This document shows, in pieces, positions 8,938 through 19,758 of a stretch of 64,000 nucleotides of DNA. The notes beneath the pieces are model-generated. The model saw nothing but the letters and a program-made list of their open reading frames with translations. It searched no databases and had not been told where the DNA came from. The translations under genes were made by a program, and so were the position numbers. Numbering within the stretch: the first letter of the stretch is position 1; every line of letters starts with the position of its first letter. Origin of the DNA: Actinomycetota bacterium (lineage in GTDB: Bacteria; Actinomycetota; Actinomycetes; Nanopelagicales; Nanopelagicaceae). The stretch lies in assembly GCA_037140155.1 (NCBI GenBank), contig JBAXFA010000001.1, positions 36,724 to 100,723 of the forward strand, written 5' to 3'.

Positions 8938-10242
8938 ATGAAACTCTCGGTTATTGGGTGCGGATACTTAGGCGCAACCCATGCGGCCTGTATGTCATCT
9001 CTCGGTTTCGAAGTTATCGGAATAGACACCGATCAGAGCAAAATTGATCTTCTCTCACGCGGTGAACTTCCCTTCTACGAACCCGGCTTAGATACTTTAT
9101 TAGCTGAGCAAATTAAGACTGGAAGGCTCTCATTTACAACTGATTTTGCAGCTGCAGCACACGCCGATGTTCACTTCATCTGTGTCGGTACACCACAAAG
9201 TAAGGATGGCTTGGCCGCTGATCTAACTTTTGTGAAGTCATCGGTAGTTGCACTTGCACCACATTTAAAAGATGGCGCACTGGTTGTTGGTAAATCTACA
9301 GTTCCTGTTGGAACTGCTCAGGCCCTGCGCGAGATGTTGGCAGTATCTGCTCCGCAGGCAGGTTTGGCATGGAACCCAGAATTTTTACGAGAAGGGTTCG
9401 CCGTCGAAGATACCTTGACTCCCAACCGATTAGTTGTCGGAACCGTAGATGACCGTGCAGAAAGTATTTTGAAAGAAGTCTATAAACCAATTATTGATTT
9501 AGGAACGCCTTGGATTCGGGCTGATCTACCAACTGCGGAGCTGGTAAAAGTTGCTGCAAACTCATTCCTTGCTACCAAGATTTCATTTATCAATGCGATG
9601 GCTGAAGTATGCGAAGCAGCCGGCGGAGATGTGACGGTTTTAGCTAAGGCGATCGGTTATGACCCACGTATCGGAAGCCGCTTCCTGCAAGCCGGTATCG
9701 GTTTTGGTGGTGGGTGCTTGCCGAAAGATATTCGCGCCTTTATGGCGCGTGCCGAAGAACTTGGAGCCGAACAAGCTCTGGAATTCTTAAGAGAAATCGA
9801 TGCCATAAATCTGCGTGCCCGTCGACGTGTGATCGATGTTGTTCGAGCAGATTTATCTGAAGATCTCACCCAGTATAAAATTGCAGTTCTTGGCGCTACC
9901 TTTAAACCCGACAGCGATGATGTACGCGATTCTCCAGCGCTAGATATAGCAGCTCAATTGCAAGCAGCGGGTGCAACGGTTGTAGTGCATGATCCCAAGG
10001 GAATAGAACCAGCTCGTAAGCGTTTTCCTAATCTGGATTATGCCGAAAAGGTTTCAGATTGTGTAAAAGGCGCCGATGCGATTCTCCACTTAACTGAGTG
10101 GAAGGAGTATCGCGAGCTAGATCCATCTGTTATTGGCCAATTAGTGAAATCAAAATTCTTAATTGATGGGCGAAATGCGTTAGATCGAGATAAGTGGCGT
10201 GCTGCTGGTTGGCGTGTGCATGCTCTAGGCCGTAGTGATTAA
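8938..10242 (+). CDS. ugd: UDP-glucose 6-dehydrogenase family
   Basis: 434 aa. N-terminal Rossmann motif MKLSVIGCGYLGATHA and a catalytic GFGGGCLPKD motif. Confidence 0.88.
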   Translation: MKLSVIGCGYLGATHAACMSSLGFEVIGIDTDQSKIDLLSRGELPFYEPGLDTLLAEQIKTGRLSFTTDFAAAAHADVHFICVGTPQSKDGLAADLTFVKSSVVALAPHLKDGALVVGKSTVPVGTAQALREMLAVSAPQAGLAWNPEFLREGFAVEDTLTPNRLVVGTVDDRAESILKEVYKPIIDLGTPWIRADLPTAELVKVAANSFLATKISFINAMAEVCEAAGGDVTVLAKAIGYDPRIGSRFLQAGIGFGGGCLPKDIRAFMARAEELGAEQALEFLREIDAINLRARRRVIDVVRADLSEDLTQYKIAVLGATFKPDSDDVRDSPALDIAAQLQAAGATVVVHDPKGIEPARKRFPNLDYAEKVSDCVKGADAILHLTEWKEYRELDPSVIGQLVKSKFLIDGRNALDRDKWRAAGWRVHALGRSD

Positions 10243-10639
10243 AAATTCTTCTGCAGAGATTGATGCTGTTCTAGCTCTTAAAACTTGGGCGGTTGTAGGT
10301 CTTGGAAATAATCCAGAACGAGCGGCCTTCGGAGTTGCCAAGGTATTGCAAAATAAGGGCCATCGCATAATTCCGGTTTATCCACGCGCTGAAACCGTGC
10401 ATGGCGAAGTGGGTTATAAATCACTGAGTGAAATTCCTGAAAAAATTGATGTAGTTGATTGTTTTGTAAATTCTGAACGAGTTGGTGAAATTGTCGATCA
10501 AGCAATCGCGATTGGTGCCAAAGCCGTGTGGCTGCAGTTAGATGTAATCGATGAAGAAGCTGTTGCAAGGGCTAGGGCGGCAGGGTTGATTGCAATTATG
10601 GATCGCTGCCCCGCGATTGAATACAAATCTAGAAGCTAA
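10235..10639 (+). CDS. CoA-binding domain protein
   Basis: 134 aa. WAVVGLGNNPERAAFGV..., typical of the small CoA-binding (YccU-like) family. Overlaps the ugd stop. Confidence 0.7.
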   Translation: MIKNSSAEIDAVLALKTWAVVGLGNNPERAAFGVAKVLQNKGHRIIPVYPRAETVHGEVGYKSLSEIPEKIDVVDCFVNSERVGEIVDQAIAIGAKAVWLQLDVIDEEAVARARAAGLIAIMDRCPAIEYKSRS

Positions 10640-10640
10640 A

Positions 10641-11150
10641 TTAAAATCCAGTTTTTTGGCTACGTCGGGCGCTTAAATTGGCGCCCTTCTCTTTTGCTTC
10701 AGAGTTTATGGCCGCTAACGCATCTCCAACTTTTGCCGAAATTGCGCTATCGGCTAAACCAAGAATCCGGGCCGCCAAGATTCCCGCGTTCTTTGCATTA
10801 TCGATGCCCACAGTTGCTACCGGAATTCCAGCTGGCATCTGAACTATCGAAAGTAGTGAATCCATGCCATCTAGGTTCTTTAGCGAAATGGGAACACCAA
10901 TTACTGGCAGAGTTGTTAGTGAGGCGACCATTCCGGGCAGATGTGCTGCACCGCCTGCGCCAGCGATTATTACTTTAAATCCTTGGCTTTGTGCACCTTG
11001 TGCAAACTCCACCATTTCAAGTGGCATGCGATGGGCAGATAAAACTTCTGCGGTATAGGTGATTCCAAATGAGTCTAAAGTTTTGGCGGCGCTCTCCATA
11101 ACTGGCCAGTCAGAATCTGATCCCATGATGATCGCTACATCACTCATCAA
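10641..11150 (-). CDS. purE: N5-carboxyaminoimidazole ribonucleotide mutase
   Basis: [14 protein letters not shown] and [13 protein letters not shown] signatures. Confidence 0.93.
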   Translation of the reverse strand: MMSDVAIIMGSDSDWPVMESAAKTLDSFGITYTAEVLSAHRMPLEMVEFAQGAQSQGFKVIIAGAGGAAHLPGMVASLTTLPVIGVPISLKNLDGMDSLLSIVQMPAGIPVATVGIDNAKNAGILAARILGLADSAISAKVGDALAAINSEAKEKGANLSARRSQKTGF

Positions 11151-12276
11151 TTTCTCCGCTCATATAGTCGCGTGCATGTTCAGCCACTTCAGTTAATTCT
11201 AGAAGGTTTTCACCAATCGCGGTAACGTGGCCAATCTTGCGCCCTTTACGTACTTCCTTCTTATATTGATGGAACTTCAACTCTGGATTTCGCGCCATCA
11301 AATGCAGATACGGGCGATACATATCGGTCTTTTCGCCGCCCAAGATATTTCCCATGACGGCAAAAGGGGCGGTCATGGTTGGATCGCCGAGCGGTAAATC
11401 TAAGATCGCGCGCAAGTGTTGTTCAAATTGGCTGGTACGTGAGCCTTCAATAGTCCAGTGTCCAGAATTATGGGGGCGCATCGCTAGCTCATTAATAAAT
11501 ATTTCATCACCCTTAATAAACATTTCAACGGCCATAACTCCGATGAGAGAAATATCGTTGGCAATGGAGAGCGCTAAATGTTGGGCTTTCTCGGCTAACT
11601 CCTTTGAAATCGCTGGCGCGGGAGTAATAGTTAGGGTACAGATTCCATTTTCCTGAACTGTCTGTGTTGGTGCCCATGATGTTGCCTGGCCATGTTCAGA
11701 CCTAGCAACCATTACTGCAATTTCACTATCAAATTCGATCAGCTCTTCTATTAAGAGTCGGGGATTTTCTGCTAATAACTCTTCTAAGTCATCGAGATTC
11801 TTAACCTTCCACACACCGCGGCCGTCGTATCCACCAAAAATCTTTTTAGCTATAAACGGGAAGTCAAAGGCTTGACCTTCATCCTCAATAACTCGCCAAT
11901 TGGGCGAAGGATATTTAGCCAATTTTGTGCGCATGGCTGATTTATCTTGAGAATATTGGAATGACTCTGACGTTGGAAAGACTTTTACGCCGGCGGCTTC
12001 CAACCCTTTTATAACTGACAATGGCACTAACTCATGTTCAAAAGTTACTAGATCACATTTTTTGGCGAATTCGATAAGTTGTTCTAGATCACGGTAGTCG
12101 CCAACTATATGTGGAGAAATTTGTGCTGCGCTATCTTGCTCATCTTGCGCAAAGAGTAAGAGATTGATACCGAGTGCAGTAGCCGGAGCCACAGTCATTC
12201 TCGCTAATTGCCCAGCACCAATAATGCCGACTGTAGGAAAGCGCTCATTCACATCGCTATCGTAGATGAACAACAT
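11140..12276 (-). CDS. purK: N5-carboxyaminoimidazole ribonucleotide synthase
   Basis: [12 protein letters not shown] plus an ATP-grasp body. Overlaps purE. The start is uncertain: ATG 12276, GTG 12252 and track 12321 are all possible. Confidence 0.88.
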   Translation of the reverse strand: MLFIYDSDVNERFPTVGIIGAGQLARMTVAPATALGINLLLFAQDEQDSAAQISPHIVGDYRDLEQLIEFAKKCDLVTFEHELVPLSVIKGLEAAGVKVFPTSESFQYSQDKSAMRTKLAKYPSPNWRVIEDEGQAFDFPFIAKKIFGGYDGRGVWKVKNLDDLEELLAENPRLLIEELIEFDSEIAVMVARSEHGQATSWAPTQTVQENGICTLTITPAPAISKELAEKAQHLALSIANDISLIGVMAVEMFIKGDEIFINELAMRPHNSGHWTIEGSRTSQFEQHLRAILDLPLGDPTMTAPFAVMGNILGGEKTDMYRPYLHLMARNPELKFHQYKKEVRKGRKIGHVTAIGENLLELTEVAEHARDYMSGEIDE

Positions 12277-13021
12277 CCCCCACGTTAACTTCAAAACCGT
12301 CGGCAAGCAGGAGTGCTCCAAATTTATTTATAGATTGTGCAATTCCGGTGCGATTTTCCCGTCCAATCACCTCGATTTGAACTTCACGCCCCAGAGTCGC
12401 ACAGACGTTGCTGTAGTTAGAAATAAAGTCCACTCCATCAACCCACTGAGAAAAATTGGTAGCAAATAGATTTAGAAATTGCGACAAGATTAGATTGCGG
12501 TCCAATTGACTAGATCCAGCAATTGCTAATGAGGTAGCGGTGGTCACTGGGAGTTCTTCAATAGAAGCTCCAACATTTAATCCAATACCTATAATGATTC
12601 CATTTTCAGTCGTTTGTGCTAACAAACCTGCAACCTTTTTCTCGCCAATTAAAATATCATTTGGCCACTTAAGTACAGCAGCAATTGGTAAATCTGCAGA
12701 TATAACCTCTTGCATTGTCAGAGCAGCAAGGTGCGCAATAAATCCCCAATCTCTTCTTGGACGTTTCGGTTCAATATAAAATGAAAAGAGAAGAGCGCTA
12801 TTCGGTTCTGCATCAAATGTACGATCTAATCTGCCGCGCCCGGCGCTTTGATATTCGGCGGCAATTACTTCGCCAGTTTCTAACGATTTAGATTGTGCTA
12901 ACTCAGCGAGATCGTTTTGCGTAGAGGTAGTGAGATCAACCACGCTTACTCGCCAGTATTGCGAAGCAAGCGAAGCGATGATCGATTTATCTAGTGGCGC
13001 TCTTGGCGCTTCGGTGCCCAC
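12257..13021 (-). CDS. birA: biotin--[acetyl-CoA-carboxylase] ligase
   Basis: GRGRLDR and KWPNDIL motifs. The track ORF extends to 13057. I prefer GTG 13021, which has TACGGT 7 nt upstream and avoids overlapping the accD start. Confidence 0.85.
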   Translation of the reverse strand: MGTEAPRAPLDKSIIASLASQYWRVSVVDLTTSTQNDLAELAQSKSLETGEVIAAEYQSAGRGRLDRTFDAEPNSALLFSFYIEPKRPRRDWGFIAHLAALTMQEVISADLPIAAVLKWPNDILIGEKKVAGLLAQTTENGIIIGIGLNVGASIEELPVTTATSLAIAGSSQLDRNLILSQFLNLFATNFSQWVDGVDFISNYSNVCATLGREVQIEVIGRENRTGIAQSINKFGALLLADGFEVNVGDVVHLR

Positions 13022-13039
13022 GCCTAGTACCGTAGAGCC

Positions 13040-14611
13040 ATGAGCCCAGATCTGCATACAACTGCTGGAAAAATTGAAGATCTACGTCTTCGTGTTGAGG
13101 AAGCTGTCCATGGGGGTTCGGCCCGCGCAGTTGAGAAGCAACATGCCAAAGGTAAGTTAACTGCCCGCGAACGTATCGACTTACTTGTAGATGCCGACTC
13201 CTTTACCGAAATTGATGAGTTTGCTCGCCATCGCTCAACCCAGTTTGGGATGGAGAAGAACCGCCCGTATGGTGATGGTGTAGTAATCGGTACTGCAACC
13301 GTAGATGGTCGACCAATCGCGCTTTACTCCCAAGATTTCACAGTTATGGGCGGAAGTCTTGGTGAAGTACATGCAGAGAAGATTGTAAAGATCGCTGAAT
13401 TCGCACTGAAGAGCGGAATTCCTTTGATTGGAATTAATGACTCAGGTGGTGCGCGAATTCAAGAAGGCGTTGCATCTTTAAATGGTTACGGCAAAATTTT
13501 CCGCCTTAATACTCGATCATCCGGAGTGATCCCGCAGATTTCTCTGATTTTAGGACCATGTGCAGGTGGTTCAGCATATTCACCAGCTCTAACTGACTTC
13601 ACGGTAATGGTCAATGAAACTTCCCATATGTTTATTACTGGACCGGATGTAATAAAGACTGTAACTGGCGAAGATGTTGAAATGGAAGAGCTCGGTGGCG
13701 CTCTTACCCATAACACTCGCTCTGGAAATGCGCACTACCTTGCAGATAGCGAAGCCGATGCTATTGATTACGTAAAGGCGCTACTCTCATATTTACCATC
13801 AAATAACATGGATGGAGCGCCGCATCTGCCGCCAACTCAGACTTTGGATGAGAGCGCTGAAGATGTTGCGCTAAATAAATTAATTCCAGATAGCCCTAAT
13901 CAGCCATACGATATGAAAACTTTAATCACGACTTTGGTTGATGAAGGTGAATTCCTCGAAGTGCATGCTCTGTATGCCCCGAATATTATTGTTGGTTTTG
14001 CACGTATCGAAGGCGAATCAGTCGGAATCATCGCAAACCAACCTTCACAATTGGCTGGAACTCTAGATATTAACTCCAGCGAGAAAGCCGCGCGCTTTCT
14101 ACGGTTCTGCGATGCGTTCAATATCCCAATTCTTACCTTGGTCGATGTTCCAGGATTTTTACCCGGAACTGAACAAGAATGGAACGGCATAATTCGGCGC
14201 GGCGCTAAGTTGCTATATGCCTATGCCGAAGCATCAGTGCCACTTGTTACTTTGATTACCCGCAAAGCCTATGGCGGTGCATTTATCGTTATGGGTTCCA
14301 AATATCTAGGTAGCGATATCAACTTCGCCTGGCCAAGTGCTGAAATTGCTGTAATGGGTGCACAAGGAGCGGTAAATATTTTGTACCGTAAAGAAATTGC
14401 TGATGCTAAAGATCCTGAGAAAGTGCGTGCTGAACTTGTAGCCGATTACACAGAGACGCTCTCTAATCCATATGCTGCAGCAGAGCGCGGAACAATCGAT
14501 AGCGTTATCGAACCACACCAATCGCGCGCCTATATAACAAAGGCGTTTCGTACCTTAAAGACCAAGCGCGACACCTTGCCAGCACGTAAGCACGGAAATA
14601 TTCCGCTTTAA
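13040..14611 (+). CDS. accD: acyl-CoA (propionyl/acetyl-CoA) carboxylase carboxyltransferase beta subunit
   Basis: 523 aa. The N-terminus ([13 protein letters not shown]) resembles mycobacterial AccD5, and the synteny birA-accD5-accE-maf-accA3 matches. Confidence 0.92.
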   Translation: MSPDLHTTAGKIEDLRLRVEEAVHGGSARAVEKQHAKGKLTARERIDLLVDADSFTEIDEFARHRSTQFGMEKNRPYGDGVVIGTATVDGRPIALYSQDFTVMGGSLGEVHAEKIVKIAEFALKSGIPLIGINDSGGARIQEGVASLNGYGKIFRLNTRSSGVIPQISLILGPCAGGSAYSPALTDFTVMVNETSHMFITGPDVIKTVTGEDVEMEELGGALTHNTRSGNAHYLADSEADAIDYVKALLSYLPSNNMDGAPHLPPTQTLDESAEDVALNKLIPDSPNQPYDMKTLITTLVDEGEFLEVHALYAPNIIVGFARIEGESVGIIANQPSQLAGTLDINSSEKAARFLRFCDAFNIPILTLVDVPGFLPGTEQEWNGIIRRGAKLLYAYAEASVPLVTLITRKAYGGAFIVMGSKYLGSDINFAWPSAEIAVMGAQGAVNILYRKEIADAKDPEKVRAELVADYTETLSNPYAAAERGTIDSVIEPHQSRAYITKAFRTLKTKRDTLPARKHGNIPL

Positions 14612-14796
14612 TGAAATTTACTATTACATCTGGAAACCCAACCGAAGAAGAGTTGCTTGCTCTTAAATCCGCACTAGATCGCCATCAGTTGCAAGATCTA
14701 AAACCGGTTATCAAGCGCAGCGTCTTTGCTTTGCCGCAGTTGCGCCAACCGCTGGCTCATCAGATAACTTTTGGGGCGCGGAGAAAATCTAAATAA
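14611..14796 (+). CDS. accE: acyl-CoA carboxylase epsilon subunit
   Basis: 61 aa with the GNPTEEELLAL motif. Start and stop are coupled to accD on one side and maf on the other. Confidence 0.8.
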   Translation: MKFTITSGNPTEEELLALKSALDRHQLQDLKPVIKRSVFALPQLRQPLAHQITFGARRKSK

Positions 14797-15398
14797 TGCC
14801 CCAAATAGTTCTTGCTTCACAATCAACTTCACGTCGCCGTTTACTAGAGGGCGCCGGTATCTCTCCAATTATCATGGTGAGCCATGTCGACGAAGAAACT
14901 GATTTTTTCAACGCGATGTCTCCAGCCGATATGGTGATTGCTCTAGCGGTAACTAAAGCTCATACCGTTCGCGAGCAAGTAGATTTTCCAGCGATCATTA
15001 TCGGATGTGATTCAACTTTTGATGTCGACGGAGTTTCTTTCGGTAAGCCCGGTACTCCAGAAATTGCTAAAGAGCGCGCACTAGCAATTAGTGGCCGAAG
15101 CGGGCTACTGCATACAGGCCATTGCATCATTGATACTGCACAAGGTCGGGAGATCGCAGATCGCGTAACTACCAAAGTTACATTCTCCAAGATGACCAGC
15201 GATGAAATAGATGATTACATCGCTTCAGGAGAGCCATTACATGTTGCAGGAGGATTCACGCTAGATGGTTTTGGATCGCCTTTTATTCCGATCATTGAAG
15301 GTGATTACACAAACGTTGTAGGAATATCAATGCCTTTCTTTAGATCCGCAATGTCACAACTTGGCTATTCTTGGCCACAAGTTAAGGAGATGCGATGA
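14796..15398 (+). CDS. maf: Maf-like nucleoside triphosphate pyrophosphatase
   Basis: 200 aa. [12 protein letters not shown] start, typical of Maf. Confidence 0.88.
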   Translation: MPQIVLASQSTSRRRLLEGAGISPIIMVSHVDEETDFFNAMSPADMVIALAVTKAHTVREQVDFPAIIIGCDSTFDVDGVSFGKPGTPEIAKERALAISGRSGLLHTGHCIIDTAQGREIADRVTTKVTFSKMTSDEIDDYIASGEPLHVAGGFTLDGFGSPFIPIIEGDYTNVVGISMPFFRSAMSQLGYSWPQVKEMR

Positions 15399-17113
15399 AA
15401 CGTGTTCTAATCGCCAATCGCGGTGAGATAGCAGTACGGGTTATTCGCGCCTGTCGTGACCACGGAATAGAGAGCGTCGCGGTTTACTCTGAAGAAGATC
15501 GTGATGCTATCCATACCAAAAGTGCGGATTTTGCTTTCTCTCTAAATGGCACCACTGCTACTCAAACTTATTTAGATATTTCTAAGATTATTGCTGCGGC
15601 AAAAGCATCTGGCGCAGATGCTGTGCATCCGGGTTATGGTTTTCTCTCCGAGCGCGCTGATTTCGCGCAAGCGGTAATTGACGCCGGACTAATTTGGATT
15701 GGACCACCACCAGCTGCCATTAGCGCGCTCGGCGATAAAGTTTCTGCTCGTCGAATTGCTGCAAAGGCTGGCGCACCGTTGGTTGCCGGCACTAAAGATC
15801 CAGTTTCTGGTCATGAAGAAGTAATCGCATTTGCTAAAGAACATGGCCTGCCAGTTGCTATAAAGGCAGCTTTCGGTGGCGGTGGGCGCGGTTTAAAAGT
15901 GGCGCACACAATGGAGGAGATTCCGGAGTTATTTGCTTCAGCTGTCCGTGAAGCGATCGCCGGTTTCGGACGCGGTGAATGTTTTGTCGAGCGCTATCTA
16001 GATAAGCCCCGCCATGTAGAAACCCAGGTACTGGTTGATAAACATGGCCATGCGGTCGTTGTCAGTACTCGTGATTGCTCGCTGCAACGTCGCCATCAAA
16101 AATTGGTAGAAGAAGCGCCAGCGCCATTCTTAACCGAAGCGCAGAATGAAGAGCTCTACCGCTCTAGTAAAGCGATCATGAAAGAGGCTGGTTATATCGG
16201 AGCCGGCACTTGCGAATTCTTGGTTGGCAACGACGGAACAATCTCTTTCCTTGAAGTAAACACACGCCTACAAGTTGAACATCCAGTTAGCGAAGAAGTT
16301 ACCGGTATTGATTTGGTACGCGAACAATTCCGCATCGCAATGGGCGAGAGCTTAGGCTTTGATGATCCAGTAATTCGCGGCCACTCACTTGAGTTCCGTA
16401 TCAACGGTGAAGATCCAGGTCGCTCATTTCTTCCAGCCCCTGGCCGCATTACTAAATGGAATCTACCGACAGGACCCGGAGTTAGAGTTGATGCCGGATT
16501 TAAAAATGGGGACACAATTGGCGGAAACTTTGATTCGCTCCTTGCCAAGTTAATTGTTACCGGTGCAACTCGCAAGGAAGCGATTGAGCGCGCTCGTCGC
16601 GCCTTGGCTGAATTTGAAATAGATGGTTTGGCAACTGCTATTCCTTTCCACCGCGCTATCTTGCAAGATCCGGCATATACCGAAGATTTTCGTGTGTATA
16701 CCAGCTACATTGAAAATGAATTTAAAAATGAGATTCCAGCATTTGTTCCAGCTGCTACGCCCGTTACTACTCGAGTTGCAGCCGAACATCTAGTTGCAGA
16801 AGTAAATGGAAAACGATTTGAAGTAAAACTCCATACTCCAGAGCCGGTTGTAAAGCGCCATCGCGCCAAGCAATCCAAGATCGGTGGCGCTAGCGGAACC
16901 GGGCTAACTAGCCCTATGCAAGGAACGGTCGTAAAGGTTGCAGTTGTCGTTGGTCAAAGCGTTGAAGTTGGAGATTTAGTAATCGTTCTAGAGGCGATGA
17001 AGATGGAGCAGCCGCTAATTGCCCATAGGGCCGGGATAATTACAAATCTCACAGCAGTGATTGGTGAAACTGTCTCTAGCGGCACCGTGCTCTGCGACAT
17101 TATTGATTCATAA
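15395..17113 (+). CDS. accA: acetyl/propionyl-CoA carboxylase alpha subunit (biotin carboxylase + BCCP)
   Basis: Biotin carboxylase N-terminus [19 protein letters not shown], an ATP-grasp domain, and the C-terminal biotinylation motif EAMKME. Confidence 0.93.
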   Translation: MKRVLIANRGEIAVRVIRACRDHGIESVAVYSEEDRDAIHTKSADFAFSLNGTTATQTYLDISKIIAAAKASGADAVHPGYGFLSERADFAQAVIDAGLIWIGPPPAAISALGDKVSARRIAAKAGAPLVAGTKDPVSGHEEVIAFAKEHGLPVAIKAAFGGGGRGLKVAHTMEEIPELFASAVREAIAGFGRGECFVERYLDKPRHVETQVLVDKHGHAVVVSTRDCSLQRRHQKLVEEAPAPFLTEAQNEELYRSSKAIMKEAGYIGAGTCEFLVGNDGTISFLEVNTRLQVEHPVSEEVTGIDLVREQFRIAMGESLGFDDPVIRGHSLEFRINGEDPGRSFLPAPGRITKWNLPTGPGVRVDAGFKNGDTIGGNFDSLLAKLIVTGATRKEAIERARRALAEFEIDGLATAIPFHRAILQDPAYTEDFRVYTSYIENEFKNEIPAFVPAATPVTTRVAAEHLVAEVNGKRFEVKLHTPEPVVKRHRAKQSKIGGASGTGLTSPMQGTVVKVAVVVGQSVEVGDLVIVLEAMKMEQPLIAHRAGIITNLTAVIGETVSSGTVLCDIIDS

Positions 17114-17174
17114 CCTCGGCTCACTGATCAAATCTGTAATTCCCAATCTGATTTAATCTCATTAGGCTGTACTC

Positions 17175-18791
17175 ATGAACGCCGAGTTAGTTGCCGAAGT
17201 TCAGGCATGGATTGCAGACGATCCAGATCCTAAAACTGCCGCTGAACTAAGTGCTCTCCTTGCATCTGGTGCTGAAGATGAACTTAGAAAATACTTTGTA
17301 GGCTTTCTACAATTTGGAACTGCTGGGCTAAGAGGTCCGGTTGGACCAGGGCCATCGTGTATGAATCGTGCGGTCGTAGGTCGTACCGCCGCTGGTATTT
17401 CTGCCTATATGAAAGAGCGCGGTATGAAGCGCGTGGTTATTGGGCGCGATGCCCGTCATGGCTCAGAAGATTTCACCGAAGAGAGTGCGCAGATATTTGC
17501 CGGTGCCGGCTTTGAAGTATTTGTATTACCGCGTCCTTTGCCAACTCCTGTACTGGCTTTTGCAACCCACGAACTCAAATGCGATGTGGGCGTGATGGTT
17601 ACTGCCAGCCACAATCCCCCACAAGATAATGGGTACAAGGTTTATATCGGTCCTCGTGCGGATGGAATTGAATATGCCGCTTCCCAAATCATTAGCCCAA
17701 CTGATCACTTAATTGCAACGGAAATATCTGCAATCGATTCTCTCGCGCAAATGCCACGTGGTAAGTCCTGGACTATTTTAGGTGAAGATTTAATTTCTGA
17801 ATATGTGCGTCGAACTGCGTTGATTGCTGCGAAACCTGGTGATCTAAAAATTGTTTACACCGCAATGCATGGGGTTGGTACCGAAACCGCGCAGCGCGTC
17901 TTTAATCACGCAGGCTTTGCAACCTTAATTTTAGTTGATGAACAATGCACGCCGGATCCAGATTTTCCAACCGTGGCATTTCCAAATCCAGAGGAACCCG
18001 GCGCAATAGATTTGGCGTTGCAAAAGGCGCGCGATTTTGGCGCTGATCTAGTGATTGCAAATGATCCAGATGCCGATCGCTGCGCTGCAGCGGTAAATGA
18101 TCCAAAGGTTGGTTGGCGAATGCTGCGTGGTGACGAGTTGGGCATAATCTTCGGTGAATGGATTGCACGATCTCATACCCATGGCAGCTTTGGTAATTCG
18201 ATAGTCTCATCATCTGCTCTGCGCAAGATTGCCGCTCACTATGTAATCGATTTTAAAGAAGTTTTAACTGGTTTTAAATGGTTATCTAAGATTGAAGATC
18301 TGGCCTTTGGCTACGAAGAGGCGATCGGTTATGCGGTTGATTCACAAACCGTTAACGATAAAGATGGGATTTCAGCAGCTCTGCTGTTGGCACATATCGC
18401 TAGTGAATTAAAGATAAAGGGCCAAACTTTGCTAGATCTATTGGATGAAGTCTGGGCCCGCCATGGATTTCATGGAACAGAACAAATCTCTATCCGCGTG
18501 GCAGATATGTCGCGCATTACCGAACTGCTGACCCGAATTCGCCATAACCCACCTACGGAAATTGCCGGTCGCACTGTTACCGCAATTGATGATCTGGCTA
18601 ATCCGCAAGATGGACTGCCGCCAACCGATGGCCTGCGTATCTGGTTAGTCGAGGGAATCCGTATCATTGTGCGTCCCAGCGGAACAGAGGCAAAGATGAA
18701 GTGCTACATCGAAGTAATCACCAAGGACTCTGCCGCTGCCCAAGTATTGTTAGATCAACTTCGCCAACCGCTAAAGGAATTTCTCGCATGA
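17175..18791 (+). CDS. phosphohexomutase (phosphomannomutase/phosphoglucomutase family)
   Basis: Active-site TASHNPPQDNGYKV and a metal-binding DPDADR motif. Confidence 0.88.
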   Translation: MNAELVAEVQAWIADDPDPKTAAELSALLASGAEDELRKYFVGFLQFGTAGLRGPVGPGPSCMNRAVVGRTAAGISAYMKERGMKRVVIGRDARHGSEDFTEESAQIFAGAGFEVFVLPRPLPTPVLAFATHELKCDVGVMVTASHNPPQDNGYKVYIGPRADGIEYAASQIISPTDHLIATEISAIDSLAQMPRGKSWTILGEDLISEYVRRTALIAAKPGDLKIVYTAMHGVGTETAQRVFNHAGFATLILVDEQCTPDPDFPTVAFPNPEEPGAIDLALQKARDFGADLVIANDPDADRCAAAVNDPKVGWRMLRGDELGIIFGEWIARSHTHGSFGNSIVSSSALRKIAAHYVIDFKEVLTGFKWLSKIEDLAFGYEEAIGYAVDSQTVNDKDGISAALLLAHIASELKIKGQTLLDLLDEVWARHGFHGTEQISIRVADMSRITELLTRIRHNPPTEIAGRTVTAIDDLANPQDGLPPTDGLRIWLVEGIRIIVRPSGTEAKMKCYIEVITKDSAAAQVLLDQLRQPLKEFLA

Positions 18792-19735
18792 GCTTTTATG
18801 GAATCGTGGATGGTTCAGAGAGTTCACTTAAACACTTTCTTGCGCAGTTACCTGGCGTAGATCAAGTTGGTGCAGAAGCGCGCGCTGCCATGTTGGCAAC
18901 CCGCAGTATAAAAACAACAAGTAAGCGTTGGGCGATTGATACCGCAATTTCCATGGTTGATTTAACAACTCTGGAAGGTGCAGATACCGCCGGAAAAGTG
19001 CGCGCACTCTGCTCTAAAGCAGTACGTCCCGATCCAACTGATGCAACTGTGCCAAGTGTTGGAGCAATCTGTGTTTACAACGATATGGTGGCAATTGCCC
19101 GAACACATTTAGATGCAATTGGTGGCAAGCACGTACCAGTTGCTGCGGTCTCAACTGCATTTCCATCGGGTCGCGCATCTATGGAAGTTAAAATTCAAGA
19201 TACCCAAGATGCAATCGATGCCGGCGCTGCCGAAATTGATATGGTAATTGATCGCGGGGCATTTCTATCTGGCCAATACGGTTTGGTATTTGATGAAATC
19301 GTTAAGATTCGCGAGGTCTGTGGTGAGCGAGCTCATCTAAAAGTTATCTTTGAAACTGGCGAGCTAGTTACCTATGACAATGTCCGTAAGGCTTCTTACC
19401 TGGCGATGCTAGCTGGCGCTGACTTTATTAAGACATCGACCGGCAAGGTTGCACCAGCTGCAACTCCCCCGGTCGTATTAGTGATGTTGGAAGCGGTGCG
19501 CGATTTCTATCAGATGACTGAACGTCGCATTGGCGTAAAGCCGGCCGGTGGAATTCGCAATACCAAAGATGCGATCAAGCAATTAGTTCTAGTTAATGAG
19601 ACCGCTGGACCAGAGTGGCTAACCCCCGAATTCTTCCGCATCGGAGCAAGTGCGCTACTCAATGATTTACTCATGCAACGCATGAAAATGGACGATGGCT
19701 ACTACGCTAGCCCTAACTACGTAACGATCGATTAG
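18788..19735 (+). CDS. deoC: deoxyribose-phosphate aldolase
   Basis: Contains the FIKTSTGK Schiff-base lysine motif. Start trimmed to the ATG at 18788, which forms an ATGA overlap with the mutase stop. The track N-terminal extension lies inside the mutase gene. Confidence 0.85.
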   Translation: MSFYGIVDGSESSLKHFLAQLPGVDQVGAEARAAMLATRSIKTTSKRWAIDTAISMVDLTTLEGADTAGKVRALCSKAVRPDPTDATVPSVGAICVYNDMVAIARTHLDAIGGKHVPVAAVSTAFPSGRASMEVKIQDTQDAIDAGAAEIDMVIDRGAFLSGQYGLVFDEIVKIREVCGERAHLKVIFETGELVTYDNVRKASYLAMLAGADFIKTSTGKVAPAATPPVVLVMLEAVRDFYQMTERRIGVKPAGGIRNTKDAIKQLVLVNETAGPEWLTPEFFRIGASALLNDLLMQRMKMDDGYYASPNYVTID

Positions 19736-19758
19736 ATGAAGAGAAACTGGATAAAGCA

